A DNA stretch of 63,265 nucleotides, filler included, from Chiloscyllium plagiosum (lineage: Eukaryota), in assembly GCF_004010195.1 (NCBI RefSeq). It is 3 parts of one record of this genome, joined end to end, with 100 filler letters (N's around TTAATTAATTAA, not from the genome) between each part and the next. Parts side by side here need not be neighbours in the genome. Positions count along the whole stretch, not along the records: positions 1 to 21,325 come from NC_057710.1; positions 21,426 to 42,260 come from NC_057710.1; 1 more part is not named here. One strand, given 5' to 3'. Shown piece by piece: positions 10,991-23,799 of this stretch. The position numbers and the translations under genes were made by a program. Every line of letters begins with the position of its first letter. The stretch's first letter is position 1. The notes under the pieces were generated by a model. The model made no database searches. It worked only from the letters and a program-made list of their open reading frames with translations, and was not told the DNA's origin.

Positions 10991-11459
10991 GGTTCTTATA
11001 AGGGCTAAGACTTCCTTGGTCTTCCACAATTATAGACTGCAGGTTCAGCACTGTTACCATTAAATTCACCTCGGGTCAGAAACCTCCTGCTTCCAATATT
11101 CTTTAACTCTGAATTAACGCATCTCAATCTCACCCCTCTTTCCCTTTTCCTCTTTCTTTATGTAATTTTGTTTCCTTTTCTCTTTCTCAGTCTCTCTTTC
11201 TACTTACTTCCCTCTCTTTTCATCTCTTATTTTTCTCTTTTCTCTCTCTCTTTTCTCAGTTTGGTGATTCTAGATGTTTAACTCATTATTACAACTCCTG
11301 TGAGTAAGAAAATGTTTAAAGTCTTTCAACCAGCACTAATAAAACAATTTACTCATCCCCATAATTAAATACTCATTCACCATTTTTCTATTGTGCACCT
11401 TGCACACAACATTGTTACATGTTCAATTAGTGCAAACAGTGCTTTACCAGAAATCAATT

Positions 11460-12370
11460 CCTGTTTCCCCTTGTCCTCACTGAACCTAACAGTCTCCACA
11501 TCCAAAGGATCAGCATCCATCATTTCCACCATCACCTGCAGGATACCACCATCAAACACTTCATCTGTTCTCCCTTCAGCAATCCATAGGAACCATTCCC
11601 TCCACAACTAACTCCATCACTTCCTCATTCTCTTCCTCTCAAAACTTGCCCTTTGACCTCCATCCTCCTCACTGTTCAAGGCCCACATCACACCTTCCAG
11701 TTGAATCAGCAGTGTATTTGTATATCTTTCAAACCAATCTATTGTAGTTGTTACTCACAATGTAGTCTCTTAATCATTGGTGAAACCAAATTCAGACTGG
11801 GTAACTGGTGAGCAGAACACCATTTCTCTGTTTGTCAGAATGACTCCAACTTTCCAGTTGCTTGCCATGGAGTAAGTATTGTTCCCATGCTAACATGTTT
11901 TTCCTTGGTCTGCTGCAGCTCAGCACAAGCTGGAAGAGCAATACCTCATTTTCTATTTAGGGCACGTACAGCCTTTAGGACTCAGTATTAAGCTCAACAA
12001 TTTCAGATCATGCCCTCTGGCATCCATTTTGAATACAAGCCCCTCCTACTACCATTTCTTCTTGGCTTTGGTCTTAAGCAGAGAAGGTCCATTTTCCCCT
12101 TTTTAATATCTAACATTTATACTTACTTAAAACTCAATCCTTCCTTTGCCACTATTAGCATTCCTTTTGTCTTTTACTCTGGGCACGTTAATCATTTGCT
12201 CCTCCTCCCCTTTAGCCAACAGGATTAAAATAAATGTCTTCCCTTTCGCTTCTGAACAAGAGTCATATCAAACTCAAAACATTAATCTGTTTCTTTCTCC
12301 ACAGATGCTGCCAGAGTTTCTCCTGCACTGTTGTTTTTATTTCAGATTTCCAGCATCTGCATTGCTTTTG
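11460..12370 (+). mobile_element. Old PLE (family-B-like) 3' portion: GIY-YIG remnant plus pLTR
   Basis: About 11735-11820 reads IYCSCYSQCSLLIIGETKFRLG..AEH (decayed GIY-YIG); pLTR with decayed hammerhead at about 12250-12370. Confidence 0.7.
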
Positions 12371-13519
12371 GCTCCTGTATATTGATCTAATGAACTACAT
12401 TTTTTTTAAAACTGTAATATGATAGCTGCATGCTAAAGAAATAAAAGAATATTTGCTATGACTGAAGGGGATTATAAGGTGGAGAAATGTGATGTGCTTG
12501 CTCATCTGGTTATAACAAAGTTCGAGGCACAGGTGAACATCAGGACTGGAGAAAACAAATCAGGAATTAGAGATAGGCACTAAATGCTGGCCAAGCTAGT
12601 GACACCCAAATTCCATAAACAGTTTTTCTGAAAAGAAAATCTGTAGGATTGACTAGGAAGGTGTGGACACCTTGTTTATCTTTGTTGAAAGCTTAGTACA
12701 GCACCTAAAGTGATCAGCCCAACAATGGGCACTACTGTTTCACTGTAGGCTGGCAAGCGAACATTACAGAGTTTACTCCTCCTGACCAGGAAGCATGTTA
12801 CTGACTGAAACAGCAAAAGGAGCTGTTTGGAGTGCCTACCAGTAGTGTCAGAGGTACAAAGGCATAATCTCTATACCCTCAAGAGATGGCCGAGGCAGAA
12901 GTACTTAGGATTAGAACAGTTATAAGTAGCCCAATTTTGATCAGGGGTACACATGCTTAAAATTACAAAAACCTTCATCAGGTAATCCTCAGTGTTTGAA
13001 AATTTTCAACCCTTCCAATCTGGATGCATGTAGAAGAACAGAGTGTAAAATTGCACAGGCTAGCAGCAAAGCTGACAACTATGAGTTTTAAACCTTCTGT
13101 CCTGGCAGACATTGTAGGGGAAGCACACTCTTCCTTACCTGGTCACGGTGAAATTTAGAGGATTTTGTGAAGAACAGTCAACATATGGTGGAACTAGCAA
13201 CCTGCAGCCTGGAGCAAGGGTAAGTGGAAAGAATTAACTCCCCAGAAGGCAAGGTCCCACAAAAATTCTGCTGCTGAAGTCTCAGGTGCAGCCTTTGTTG
13301 GGGTCCACTGCAGCTCCTGGAAGAATGATGGGTTTGCACACAAATATTTGGTTTATTAGGAAGACAGAAAGGATACACTCAGTATCAAAATCATTGTGAA
13401 AGTCAGCACCAACTTAGCACGGGTCCTTACAAAGAGTTTGAAGCCAATCTTTCCCATTATGAAAGTGGTGGTCAACTCTGGCACATATGTGGATTCAACT
13501 GGGATGTAGTATCTTTATC

Positions 13520-13740
13520 TTTAATTTGTTAATGGAATCTGGGAACTTGTTGCCTATCTTTAATTGCCCTGGACATTCTGTGGAGAACTGTCTTCTTAAA
13601 ATGTGACTGTCCTTGGGGATGGACATACTCAAAGTGCTGTTGGGAAAGGAGATTCAAGGTCTTGGACTCAGCAACAGTGAAGGAATGTAATATAACACCA
13701 GTTCAGGATGCTGCATGGAGGGCATCTACAATGACTGAGT
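13520..13740 (-). mobile_element. Decayed 3' end of second CR1-group LINE family
   Basis: Similar to 50830-51050 (ttgcc..taattgccct..gctgttgggaaaggagattcaagg..cagtgaaggaa). Confidence 0.6.
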
Positions 13741-15309
13741 GCTGATGCTTCAGCTTCAGTTGCATTACAAGCAACTTTTACCAGAAACAGAAAAAGATAA
13801 TTGAAATTATGCAGAGTCAGATTACTGCATTGCAAGTTCAGTCTGCTTCCAAACGATCGCAATTAACAATGTTCGAAGTCATAACCACTCATGTCTATGT
13901 AGTAACATTAACATAACACATCCCAAGGTGCTTCACAAGGTGACACGTGGCTCAATGGTTCACACTGCTGCCTCTAAAGAGAATTATAAAACAACATATA
14001 TACTAATAGTGGAAGTTTAGATAAGGTCCCTGATGTTGATGAGAAATAGTAGGGAGCCAGTTATAGATCTTTGGTTTGAACAGAGCCAATTTAGGTAAAC
14101 TTGCTGAATGCTCTCCTGAATGTGCTAGGTGGGTTGGAAAATGGGTGGAACTAACTATATTGGACATTCAAAAAACCAAGGCATGCTACTATGGGACATT
14201 ATGGAGCAATTTATTTCCCATACGGTGCTCTCTGGCCTGAAGCTGTGTATTTGCTTTTGCCCTCATTTTTCAGCACATGTTTTTACAAGATTTTAGGTTC
14301 ATGCCCATGAGATTATCCAGCAGCCCCTGAAAAAAAATTGGTTGTTGCTTGTGGAATGTGCCAATGTGTTGTTCCATAATGCAAAGTTTACCTGGTTCAG
14401 ACTGTCCTGGTGCAGTCACTAGCACAAAAGAGAGGCTAGCATTCCATGGAAATGTTATTGTTGTTTATTGAAATTTCTTCCCTCAGGCCTGATTTATATA
14501 TCGTTTAGCATATTATTCAGCTCATAAAAACAAAATTGTATTTTTTATGAAGCAAAAAGTAAATCAGAAAAGCAATATAATGAGAATTAAAAATAGAAAG
14601 GGGGAAGACATACAGCCCTTCAACGCTTAATATCGTGGATGATCTACCACAGCTTCACTTTCCAAGGACCATAGCTCTACTTAACATCTCCTTCAAAGTG
14701 TCTGCAAACATTTGAGCTCATATGTTTAAATATTCCTTGTAAATCTGGAAAATGCATTGCAAACAGAATGCCTATTTTATAGAAGGTTTCCAATGCTCAT
14801 CCGCTGAGTTAACATTCTTCCAAAATAAATGTCTCCTTAAAGCTCTTAATCCCACTATATACTGTGCTTGAAAAAATAAGACTCCAAACTTATGTGCACA
14901 GCAATCCCAATAGATGCTCTAGGATTACTATTGCTGGCATCTTTCAAAATGTGTTTTTTCTTGAATTTACAAGGCCAATTGGAGGGAACCTCATTAATTT
15001 AGAGGCATCATCAGATTCAGTAATATTTGGTTACTTCTGCCGGCAAACCTATCATCTGCTACTAAATACCAACCTCTACACACATACACACACTTTTCCT
15101 TGCTGGTCCAAATTTGGTATTACCAACTCCCTTTTCTTTTTATTTCCTTCTTTGGGATTTATTCTATTTGCTAGCTTTGGATTTCAACAACGGTGCACTT
15201 GTGCACATGAGGGGTATTTAGTAAGTGTCACCTTTCTTGGCATACCTGGTCACTACATATGTATGTTATGTCCTCAACCTGGCACATTGGACAGGATTTT
15301 CAAGAAAAT

Positions 15310-15425
15310 ATTTTCTAACCAATATCTTCAGAGGTGCTATTGCACAACTCTGGATCATGAGGTACTTGAACTTGGGTCTCCTGACCCAGAGGTAGGGACA
15401 CTATCATTCCACCATGAGATCCCTT
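15310..15425 (-). mobile_element. Short tRNA-head SINE-like element
   Basis: Reverse complement has A-box-like/B-box (gttcaagt) layout; the same family occurs at 26925-27025. Confidence 0.55.
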
Positions 15426-16511
15426 GTGACAAAATTTTAACAAGCCAGAGAAAATATTATTCAAATATGCAAAGCAGTTAAATCCCTAAAAAGTGACATC
15501 AGGTCAGAGGCTTGACATAATCCTGTTCACTTCCAAGTTTCACTCAGATGAGCCTAGTGATGACAGCCATTAATAAAATGAATGGCCTGGAAAGCAGTGA
15601 AGGGTGGAACAATGTACAGGAGAGAGCAGGCTCTAAGATTTTCTGATTCTTGATGGAAAGTGGACATGATATCTAATAGCCACCAGACACAAACTATAAA
15701 GGCTGGGTATGCTAATTCTTATCTGCAAATAGACCATTAACTGCTGCTTTAACCAATCATTCTGGCTTTAATAGCCAGGGCACCTATTTCCTGAACTGTC
15801 AACAACTTACCAGGGTCAACCAAACAAGTGCACAGCAACTTAAAACTGACAAGCTGGGAAGGCTTTATCAATGAACCTGAAAGGCTCCAGCCTTGCTCAG
15901 CTGAGAGGCTGGTACATAACGTACTGCTTCTCAGAGAGTGTGCTCTCAATGCTTAAGTAGTAATATCCAACTTCTTGTGACCTCATACCTGTCTGATGCT
16001 TCATTTACCTTCAGCTACACACCCTTACTGCCAGCTTTTAACAGCAGGAGACCTGCTTCAGCAACATCTTTGATGATCAAGGGAAGGAACAACACCACCA
16101 TTTTGAAATGTGACTGTAAGGTATAGCTGTGGGAAGTCAACAGAATGAGGGTGTGACTGAGAATTGGATATTCAGATTGGGGTGTGAGGAGTATCTGGAG
16201 AGAGTGGAATAGGTACAACTGCGATGTGTTAATTGTGTTATTCTGTAGAATGCTTGGAAAGTCAAAGGGTGAGCTTGGCATCCAAATGTGTTCCACCACA
16301 CACATGCCATGCTCTGTTGAAGTATTTCAAATTCTTGCTACATTATATCCAGTTTGAAGGGGGGCACTGATGGTGGGCATACTCCTGCTTCTGACTTTCT
16401 TGGGTTTTTCAATGTTTGTCTGCTTGGCTGAGAGCGTGATCGCTTTTTCCGATCTAGGGCAGATCTTTGCAGCCCCTCATTTTCTGGGTCTGTCGATTGA
16501 AAGAAGTAAAA

Positions 16512-17725
16512 ATGGCCCTTAGCAGAGTGATATGCTCTTCTTGTCAGATGTGGGAGTTTACGGGTTACTGAGGATTATATCTGCAATAAATGCCATTAGT
16601 TGCAAATCCTATTAGATCGAATGGATCAGTTGGAGAGACAGAGACAATGTGGAATTTACAAGAGCAAGGGGGTGTGATGGATGGCAAGTCTCAGATACAG
16701 TCACATAGATGGGTTAACTCCAGGAAAGGTAAGAGAGGTAGGCAGGTAGTGCAGGAGTCTTCAGTGGTTATCCCCATTTCAAATAGGTATGCTGTTTTGG
16801 AAAATATAGGAGGTGATGGATTCTCAGGGAACAAAGCACGAACAGCCAAGTTTCTGGTATTAAGACTGGCTCTAATGTAATGAAAGGTATGTTGGGTTCC
16901 AAGCAATCAATTGTCTTGGGGGACTCTCTAGTCCAAGGTACAGACAGATGTTTCTGCGGCCAGCAGCGAAAAATCAGAATGGTGTGTTGCTTCCCTGGTG
17001 CCAGGATCAAGGATGTCTCAGAGAGGGTGCAGAATGTTCTCAAAGGGGAGAGGGATCATCAGGAGGTCATTGTAAACATTGGAACCAACAACATAGGAAG
17101 GGTAAAGGTTGAGATTCTGAAGGCTGATTACAGAGAGTTAGGCATGAATTTAAAAAGGAGGTCCTCAAGAGTGGGCGGCACGGTGGCACAGTGGTTAGCA
17201 GTGCCTCACAGCGCCAGAGACCCGGGTTCAATTCCCGCCTCAGGTGACTCTGTGTGGAGTTTGCATATTCTCCCTGTGTCTGTGTGGGTTTCCTCTGGGT
17301 GCTCCAGTTTCCTCCCACAATTCAAAAATGTGCAGGTTAGATGAATTGGCCAGGCTAAACTGCCCGTAGTGTTTGGTGAAGGGGTAAATGTAGGGGAATG
17401 GGTCTGGTTGGGAAGTTGGTGTGGACTTGTTGGGCCGAAGGGCCTGTTTCCACACTGTAAGTAATCTAATCTAATCTAAGTAGTAATATCTGGATTACTC
17501 CCAGTGCTGTGAGCTAGTGAGGGCAGGAATAGGAGAATAGTGCAGATGAATGCATGGCTGAGGAGCTGGTGTATGGGAGAAGGATTCACATTTTTGGATC
17601 ATTGGAAGCTGTTTTGGGATAAAAGTGATCTGCCTAAGAAGGATGGATTGCAGCTAAATTCAAAAGGGACTAATGTACGAGCAGGGAGTTTTCCCAAAGC
17701 TGCTCGGGAGGATTTACACGAGTAG
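16512..17725 (+). pseudogene. CR1 ORF1 (zinc finger/leucine zipper + SGNH esterase), disrupted
   Basis: MALSRVICSSCQMWEF..YICNKC..LQILLDRMDQLE; IVLGDSLV..CFPGARI..IGTNNIGR; NAWLRSWC..GF.FLDHW..DGLQLN; interrupted by a SINE. Confidence 0.88.
17171..17479 (+). mobile_element. HE1-type V-SINE inserted in CR1 ORF1
   Basis: tRNA-like head (tggcacagtgg; ggttcaattcc), V-domain (gtgtggagtttgca..gggtttcct), CR1-like tail with (aatct)n. Confidence 0.92.
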
Positions 17726-17847
17726 GGCGGGTGGGACCCAAAAAGATAGTGAGGAAAGACTTCAATCTGAGACTGATACAGTTGAGAACAAAGGTGAGTC
17801 AAACAGTCAGGGCAAGCAGGGTCAAAGCAGAGAACAAGGTAGGATTG

Positions 17848-20500
17848 ATAAATTAAACTGCATTTATTTCAATGCAACAGGCCTAACAGGGAAGGCAGAT
17901 GAACTCAGGGCATGGTTAGGAACATGGGACTGGGATCATAGCAATTACAGAAACATGGCTCAGGGATGGACAGGACTGGCNNNNNNNNNNNNNNNNNNNN
18001 NNNNNNNNNNNNNNNNNNNNNNNNNNNNNNNNNNNNNNNNNNNNNNNNNNNNNNNNNNNNNNNNNNNNNNNNNNNNNNNNNNNNNNNNNNNNNNNNNNNN
18101 NNNNNNNNNNNNNNNNNNNNNNNNNNNNNNNNNNNNNNNNNNNNNNNNNNNNNNNNNNNNNNNNNNNNNNNNNNNNNNNNNNNNNNNNNNNNNNNNNNNN
18201 NNNNNNNNNNNNNNNNNNNNNNNNNNNNNNNNNNNNNNNNNNNNNNNNNNNNNNNNNNNNNNNNNNNNNNNNNNNNNNNNNNNNNNNNNNNNNNNNNNNN
18301 NNNNACTAGAGAAGGTGCAAAACTTGACCTACTCTTGGGAAATAAGGCAGGTGACTGAGGTGTCAGTGGGGGAGCACTTTGGGGCCAGCGACTATAATTC
18401 TATTAGTTTTAAAATAGTGATGGAAAAGGATAGACCAGATCTAAAAGTTGAAGTTCTAAATTGGAGAAAGGCCAATTTTAATGGTATTAGGCAAGAACTT
18501 TCAAAAGCTGATTGGGGGCAGATGTTCGCAGGTAAAGGGACGGCTAGAAAATCGGAAGCCTTCAGAAATGAGATAACGAGAGTCCAGAGGAAGTATATTC
18601 CTGTTAGGGTGAAAGGAAAGGCTGATAGGTATAGGGAATGCTGAATGACTAAAGAAATTGAAGGTTTGGTTCAGGAAAAGAAGGAAGCATATGTCGGGTA
18701 TAGACAGGTTAGATCGAGTGAATCCTTAGAAGAGTATAAAGGAAGTAGGAGTATTCTTAAGAGAGAAATCAGGAGGGCAAAAGGGGGATATGAGTTAGCT
18801 TAGGCAAATAGAGTTAAGGAGAATCCAATGGGTCTTTTACAAATACATTAAGGATAAAAGGGTAACTAGGGAGAGAATAGGGCCCCTCAAAGATCAGCAA
18901 GGCGGCCTTTGTGTGGAGCCGCAGGAGATGGGGGAGATACGAAATTAGTATTTTCCATCAGTATTTACTGTGGAAAAGGACATGGAAGATATGGAATGGA
19001 GGGAAAAATGTCTGTATTACAGAGGAGGAAGGGTTGGATGTCTTGAAATGCATAAAAGTGGATAATTCCCCAGGACCTGATCAGGTGTACCCTAGAACAC
19101 TGTGGGAAGTGAGAGAAGTGATTGCTGGGCCTCTTACTGAAATATTTGTATCATCGATAGTCACAGATGAGGTGCCGGAAGACTGGAGATTGGCTAACAT
19201 TGTGCCACTGTTTAGGAAAGGTGGTAAGGACAAGGCAAGGAACCTTAGACCAGTGAGCCTGATGTCGGTGATGGGCAAGTTGTTGGAGGGAATCCTGAGG
19301 GACAGAATGTACATGTATTTGGAAAGGCGAGGACTGATTAGGGATAGTCAACATGGCTTTGTGCATGGGAAATCATGTCTCACAAACTTGATTGAGTTTT
19401 TTGAAGAAGTAACAAAGAAGATTGGTGAGGGCAGAATGGCGGACGTGATCTATATGGACTTCAATAAGTCTTTCGACAAGGTTCCCCATGGGACACTGGT
19501 TAGCAAGGTTAGGTTTCATGGAATACAGGAAGAACTCGCCATTTGGATACAGAACTGGCTCAAAGGGTGGTAGGTGGAGGGTTGTTTTTTAGACTGGAGG
19601 CCTGTGACCAGTGGAGTGCCACAAGGATCGGTGCTGGGCCCACTGCTTTTCATCATTTATATAAATGATTTGGATGTGAGCTTGAGAGGTATAGTTAGTA
19701 AGTTTGTAGATGACACCAAAATTGGAAGTGTAATGGACAGCGAAGAAGGTTACCTCAGATTACAGCGGGATCTTGATCAGATAGGGCAATGAGCTGAGAA
19801 GTGACAGATTGAGTTTAGATAAATGTGTGGTGCTGCATTTTGGGAAAGCAAATCTTAGCAGGACTTATACACTTAATGGTAAGGTCCTAGGGAGTGTTGC
19901 TGAACAAAGAGACCTTGGAGTGCAGGTTCATAGCTCCTTGAAAGTGGAGTCGCAGGTAGATAGAATAGTGAATAAGGCATTTGGTATGCTTTCCTTTATT
20001 GGTCAGAGTATTGAGTACAGGAGTCGGGAGGTCATGTTGCGGCTGTACAGGACATTGGTTAGGCCACTGTTGGAATATTGTGTGCAGTTCTGGTCTCCTT
20101 CCTATAGGAAAGATGTTGTGAAACTTGACAGGGTCCAGAAAAGATTTACAGGGAATTTGCCAGGGTTGGATGATTTGAGCTATAAGGAGAGGTTTTTAGG
20201 CTGGGGCTGTTTTCCCTGGAGCGTTGGAGGCTGAGGGTTGAGCTTATAGAGGTTTACAAAATCATGGGTGGCATGGATAGGGTAAATAGACAAAGTCTTT
20301 TCCCTGGGGTGGGGGAGTCCAGAGCTGGAGGGCGTAGGTTTAGGGTGAGAGGAGAAAGATATAAAAGAGACCTAAGGGGCAACCTTTTGACGCAGAGGGT
20401 GGTACGTGTATGGAATGAGCTGTCAGAGGAAGTGGTGGAGGCTGGTACAATTGCAACATTTAAACGGCATCTGGATGGGTATATGAATAGGAAGGGTTGG
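17848..20500 (+). pseudogene. CR1 ORF2 (APE endonuclease + RT), multiple stops/frameshifts
   Basis: ORFs 17673-18644, 18911-19573, 19574-19792, 19809-20234 and 20264-20545 carry consecutive CR1 ORF2 motifs. Confidence 0.92.
17981..18304. other. Assembly gap (N run)
   Basis: Ns. Confidence 1.
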
Positions 20501-21141
20501 AGGGATATGGGCTGGGTGCTGGCAGGTGGGACGAGATTGATTTAGGATATCTGGTCAGCATGGATGAGTTGGACCTAAGGGTCTGTTTCCGTGCTGTACG
20601 TCTCTATGACTCATCTCATATCAGGACCAGAGTGAGAGACTTTTGGATAAGCCTTCCCATGTTTCATCTTTATTCTGATGGTAACTGGAGCTTCAGGAAT
20701 CTACATCCACTTGACCCCATTTGACCCAAGCCGGCATCCCTTTTCGTTAGAAATCTTTCTTTGACCGATTCATGTATCATCCTGTCTACCTTCTTCTGTT
20801 TGATTGGAAAGGCTGGAAGTGGAATGCCAGAGTTATGACTCATTTGAGGAGCTTTAGCAAATTCCAATCCAGTGGCAATTTGGTTCCTAATTTGCCACAG
20901 CTTTCATTGTTTCAGCAAGGACTATCAATTTAAAATTCAACTCAGAATTTTCCTGCTTTGTGGTAGGTAGAAATATACCCCTCTAAGGTAATATTTGACC
21001 TGTTAGAAAGAGTATTAATGAGATTGCAGTTTCCCATCAAACTGCTACGGAAACTAGTAAACCTACTGTGAAATTAACAGCTTAAATGAAAGAGTCATTT
21101 TGACATTTGTTTTTACTTCTAACAGGTAATGAGTAATGAAT

Positions 21142-21325
21142 GCTGAAAATGTGTTGCTGGAAAAGCGCAGCAGGTCAGGCAGCATCCAAGGAGCAGGAGA
21201 ATCGACGTTTCGGGCATGAGCCCTTCTTCATGAATGAGGAAAGTGTGCCAAGCAGGCTAAGATAAAAGGTAGGGAGGAGGGACTTGGGGGAGGGGCATTG
21301 GAAATGCGATAGGTGGAAGGAGGTT
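21142..21325 (-). repeat. PLE family-B pLTR running into gap; hammerhead core with C3>A change
   Basis: Reverse complement reads cattcATGAAGAAGGGCTCATGCCCGAAACGTCgattc; otherwise matches 42450-42630. Confidence 0.85.
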
Positions 21326-21425
21326 NNNNNNNNNNNNNNNNNNNNNNNNNNNNNNNNNNNNNNNNNNNNTTAATTAATTAANNNNNNNNNNNNNNNNNNN
21401 NNNNNNNNNNNNNNNNNNNNNNNNN
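21326..21425. other. Scaffolding spacer N44-TTAATTAATTAA-N44
   Basis: Exactly 100 bp; the 12-mer at 21370-21381 gives stops in all six frames; identical structure at 42261-42360. Confidence 0.97.
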
Positions 21426-22112
21426 CTGCTAAGATTTGCTTTCCCAAAATGCAGCACCTCGCATTTATCTGAATTAAACTCCATCTGCCACTTCTCAGCC
21501 CATTGGCCCAACAAGATCCTGTTGTAATCTGAGGTAACCTTCTTCGCTGTCCACTACACCTCCAATTTTGGAGTCATCTGCTAACTTACTAACTGTACTT
21601 CTTATGCTCACATCCAAATCATTTATGTAAATGACAAAAATTAGTGGACCCAGCACCAATCCTTATGGCACTCCACTGGTCACAGGCCTCCAGTCTGAAA
21701 AACAACCCTCCACCACCACCCTCTGTCTTCTACCTTTGAGCCAGTTCTGTATCCAAATTGATAGTTCTCCCTGTATTCTGTGAGATCTAACCTTGCTAAC
21801 AGTCTCCCATGGGGAACCTTGTCGAACGCCTTACTGAAGTCCACATTGATCACATCTACCGCTCTGCCCTCATCAATCCTCTTTGTTACTTCAAAAAACT
21901 CAATCAAGTTTGTGAGGCATGATTTCCCATGCACAAAGCCATGTTGATTAACCCTAATCAATCCTTGCTTTTCCAAATATATGTATATCCTGTCCCTCAG
22001 GATTCCCTCCAACAACTTGCCCACCACCGAGGTCAGGCTCACTGGCCTATTGTTCCCTGGCTTGTCCTTACCACCCTTCTTAAACAATGGCACCATGTTA
22101 GCCAACCTCCAG
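21426..22112 (-). mobile_element. CR1 RT fragment
   Basis: ORF 21680-22105 (PLFKKG..RPVSLTSVVGK..QHGF..GKSCLTNL..DFSKAFDKVPH). Confidence 0.92.
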
Positions 22113-22789
22113 TATTTACCTAATAAGTCTTCATATTAACTACATTTAACCAAATCTGAAGAACTGCATGGATGCATTCTGTGATCAAAGACATCCATAT
22201 AGAAATATTGGAGGTACATAGGCCTGATGGTCTCCTTTCATGCTTAAAAGTTCAGTGGTGTTACATTTTCCCAGAAGAAAGCTGTTCTATTTAACAGCTA
22301 ATCTTTTGATGGAGCAAATACATACAAATCCACCCATTCCTCGACTAGGACCAGTTGGTAGCCTGAGGACAGACAGTCTCCCAGTTTTAGACCAAAACCA
22401 AGTGAATTTTCAGGCCTGTCCAATCTTGTGGAAATCAAGCAGCTAATTGGCTGCTGCTGGGCTATCAGAATTTAGCCCCAACAGTCAGAACCGGTGCCTT
22501 CATGGAGTTATTGGCTAGAACAGCAGTGCCTCCTGCTGGATACCAGCACACTCCCACTCCTAGATTCCAAAAAGGCGTTTTGGGTGTACTCAAGAGTTTA
22601 GAAGTTGAGGAGAAATGAGCATAGAGGGCTTGAAAGCAAGTGGAGGGGTGGTGGCTTTCAAAGGCCAATCCTCTGCCCTCATTCCCATCTTTTGGTCTTG
22701 CATAAATTAGTGCTGGTCAAGAGGCACCATCCAAACTGGCAGCCTGTCTGCTTTGGTGAAGCATTCCATAGGCCAACTCTTCATCAAGA

Positions 22790-23128
22790 GGCATAGATAA
22801 GGTGGTTAGTGGACAGCTTTTCCCCAGAGGGGAAAACTAGAGCGCTTAGGTTTAAGGTGTGAGGGGAGAGGTATAAAAGAGTCCAGAGGGATAATTGTTT
22901 CACACAGAGGGCAGTGAGTTTCTGGAATGAACTGCCACAGGTGATGGTGGTGCGAGTGAGTAAATTTTCATAATGAAAGAAACATTTAGATAGGTACATG
23001 GGATGGGATAGGTATGGAGGGACATAGATTAAGCTCAGGCAAATGGACTAGTTTAAATTGTGAAAACTGGGCAGCACAGGAAAGTTGGGCCAAAGGGCCT
23101 GTTTCATACTGTAGACCTCTATGACTCT
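22790..23128 (+). mobile_element. CR1 3' end
   Basis: Homologous to 20270-20610; ends gggcctgtttc..ctctatgactct. Confidence 0.85.
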
Positions 23129-23799
23129 CTAAACCTGGAGATGAAGGAATTGCAGCCTATGTGGATGGGGCCTTCTGAAGTCATTATTTGACCATCTAAA
23201 TTTCTCATTTGGTGGCAGGCCAGGAAGTCAAGCTTGGGCCTTTCTATGCCAATCGGAATTCCTGTAGTAGTCGGGATGTGGTGGGTAATTCCATGATGCC
23301 AAACCTGCCTGTTCATCATTCCATCCCATGTCCTTCCCCATCGTTTTTCAAGAGCGAAGATTTTACCTTTGATCTCAAGGGTGAAATTATCACTCATTAA
23401 ATTACTGGGCCTGAGTTTATTTTTTTAAATGTTAATGCTGTTGCTGGTGATATTGTAACATTTAGAAAATCATAATGCTATATCAATGTGTTACAACATT
23501 GCAATCAGAGCACTCATGGAGACCTAGCTGATGTTTCCTTTCAGTTAAAATATCTTCAATGAAATATTCAATGAAAGTTCCAAAAAATCACAGTGCTGGA
23601 CTTCAGGCTATTTTTTTTAGAGATGATAAGAAAACCTTTCAGCTTCAGTAATAACTTTGACCCTTAGATCACTGCAAGTCTCACTAATCCCTTCTTTGGA
23701 TCATTTTCTCAAAGAAGATTTCAGATCTTAAACTGTGACTGATGGATTAATATAGGATTTACTGGATTAAGGAGGATCATTATCCTTCCACTTCCTTGG

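Larger units (their letters stand above)
16420..20610 (+). mobile_element. Near-full-length CR1 (HER1-like) LINE, inactivated, spanning a gap
   Basis: ORF1 (CxxC..CxxC finger, GDSL/GTN esterase), ORF2 (APE start CIYFNA; RT QHGF..GKSCLTNL, GVPQGSVLGP, FVDD) and a CR1 3' UTR ending tctatgactc. Confidence 0.95.

Noticed and set aside
14864..15481. 205-aa ORF
   Set aside because: No recognisable domain, non-ATG start, and it runs through a SINE relic; probably chance.
15490..16390. Possible ancient LINE relic
   Set aside because: No diagnostic motif could be read, so it is left unassigned.
17171..17245. tRNA-like A/B boxes (also other SINE heads)
   Set aside because: These belong to SINEs; they are not tRNA genes.
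17673..18644. 323-aa ORF
   Set aside because: Its length is inflated by the N gap; it is part of CR1 ORF2.
21370..21381. TTAATTAATTAA palindrome (also 42305-42316)
   Set aside because: Scaffolding spacer, not genomic DNA.
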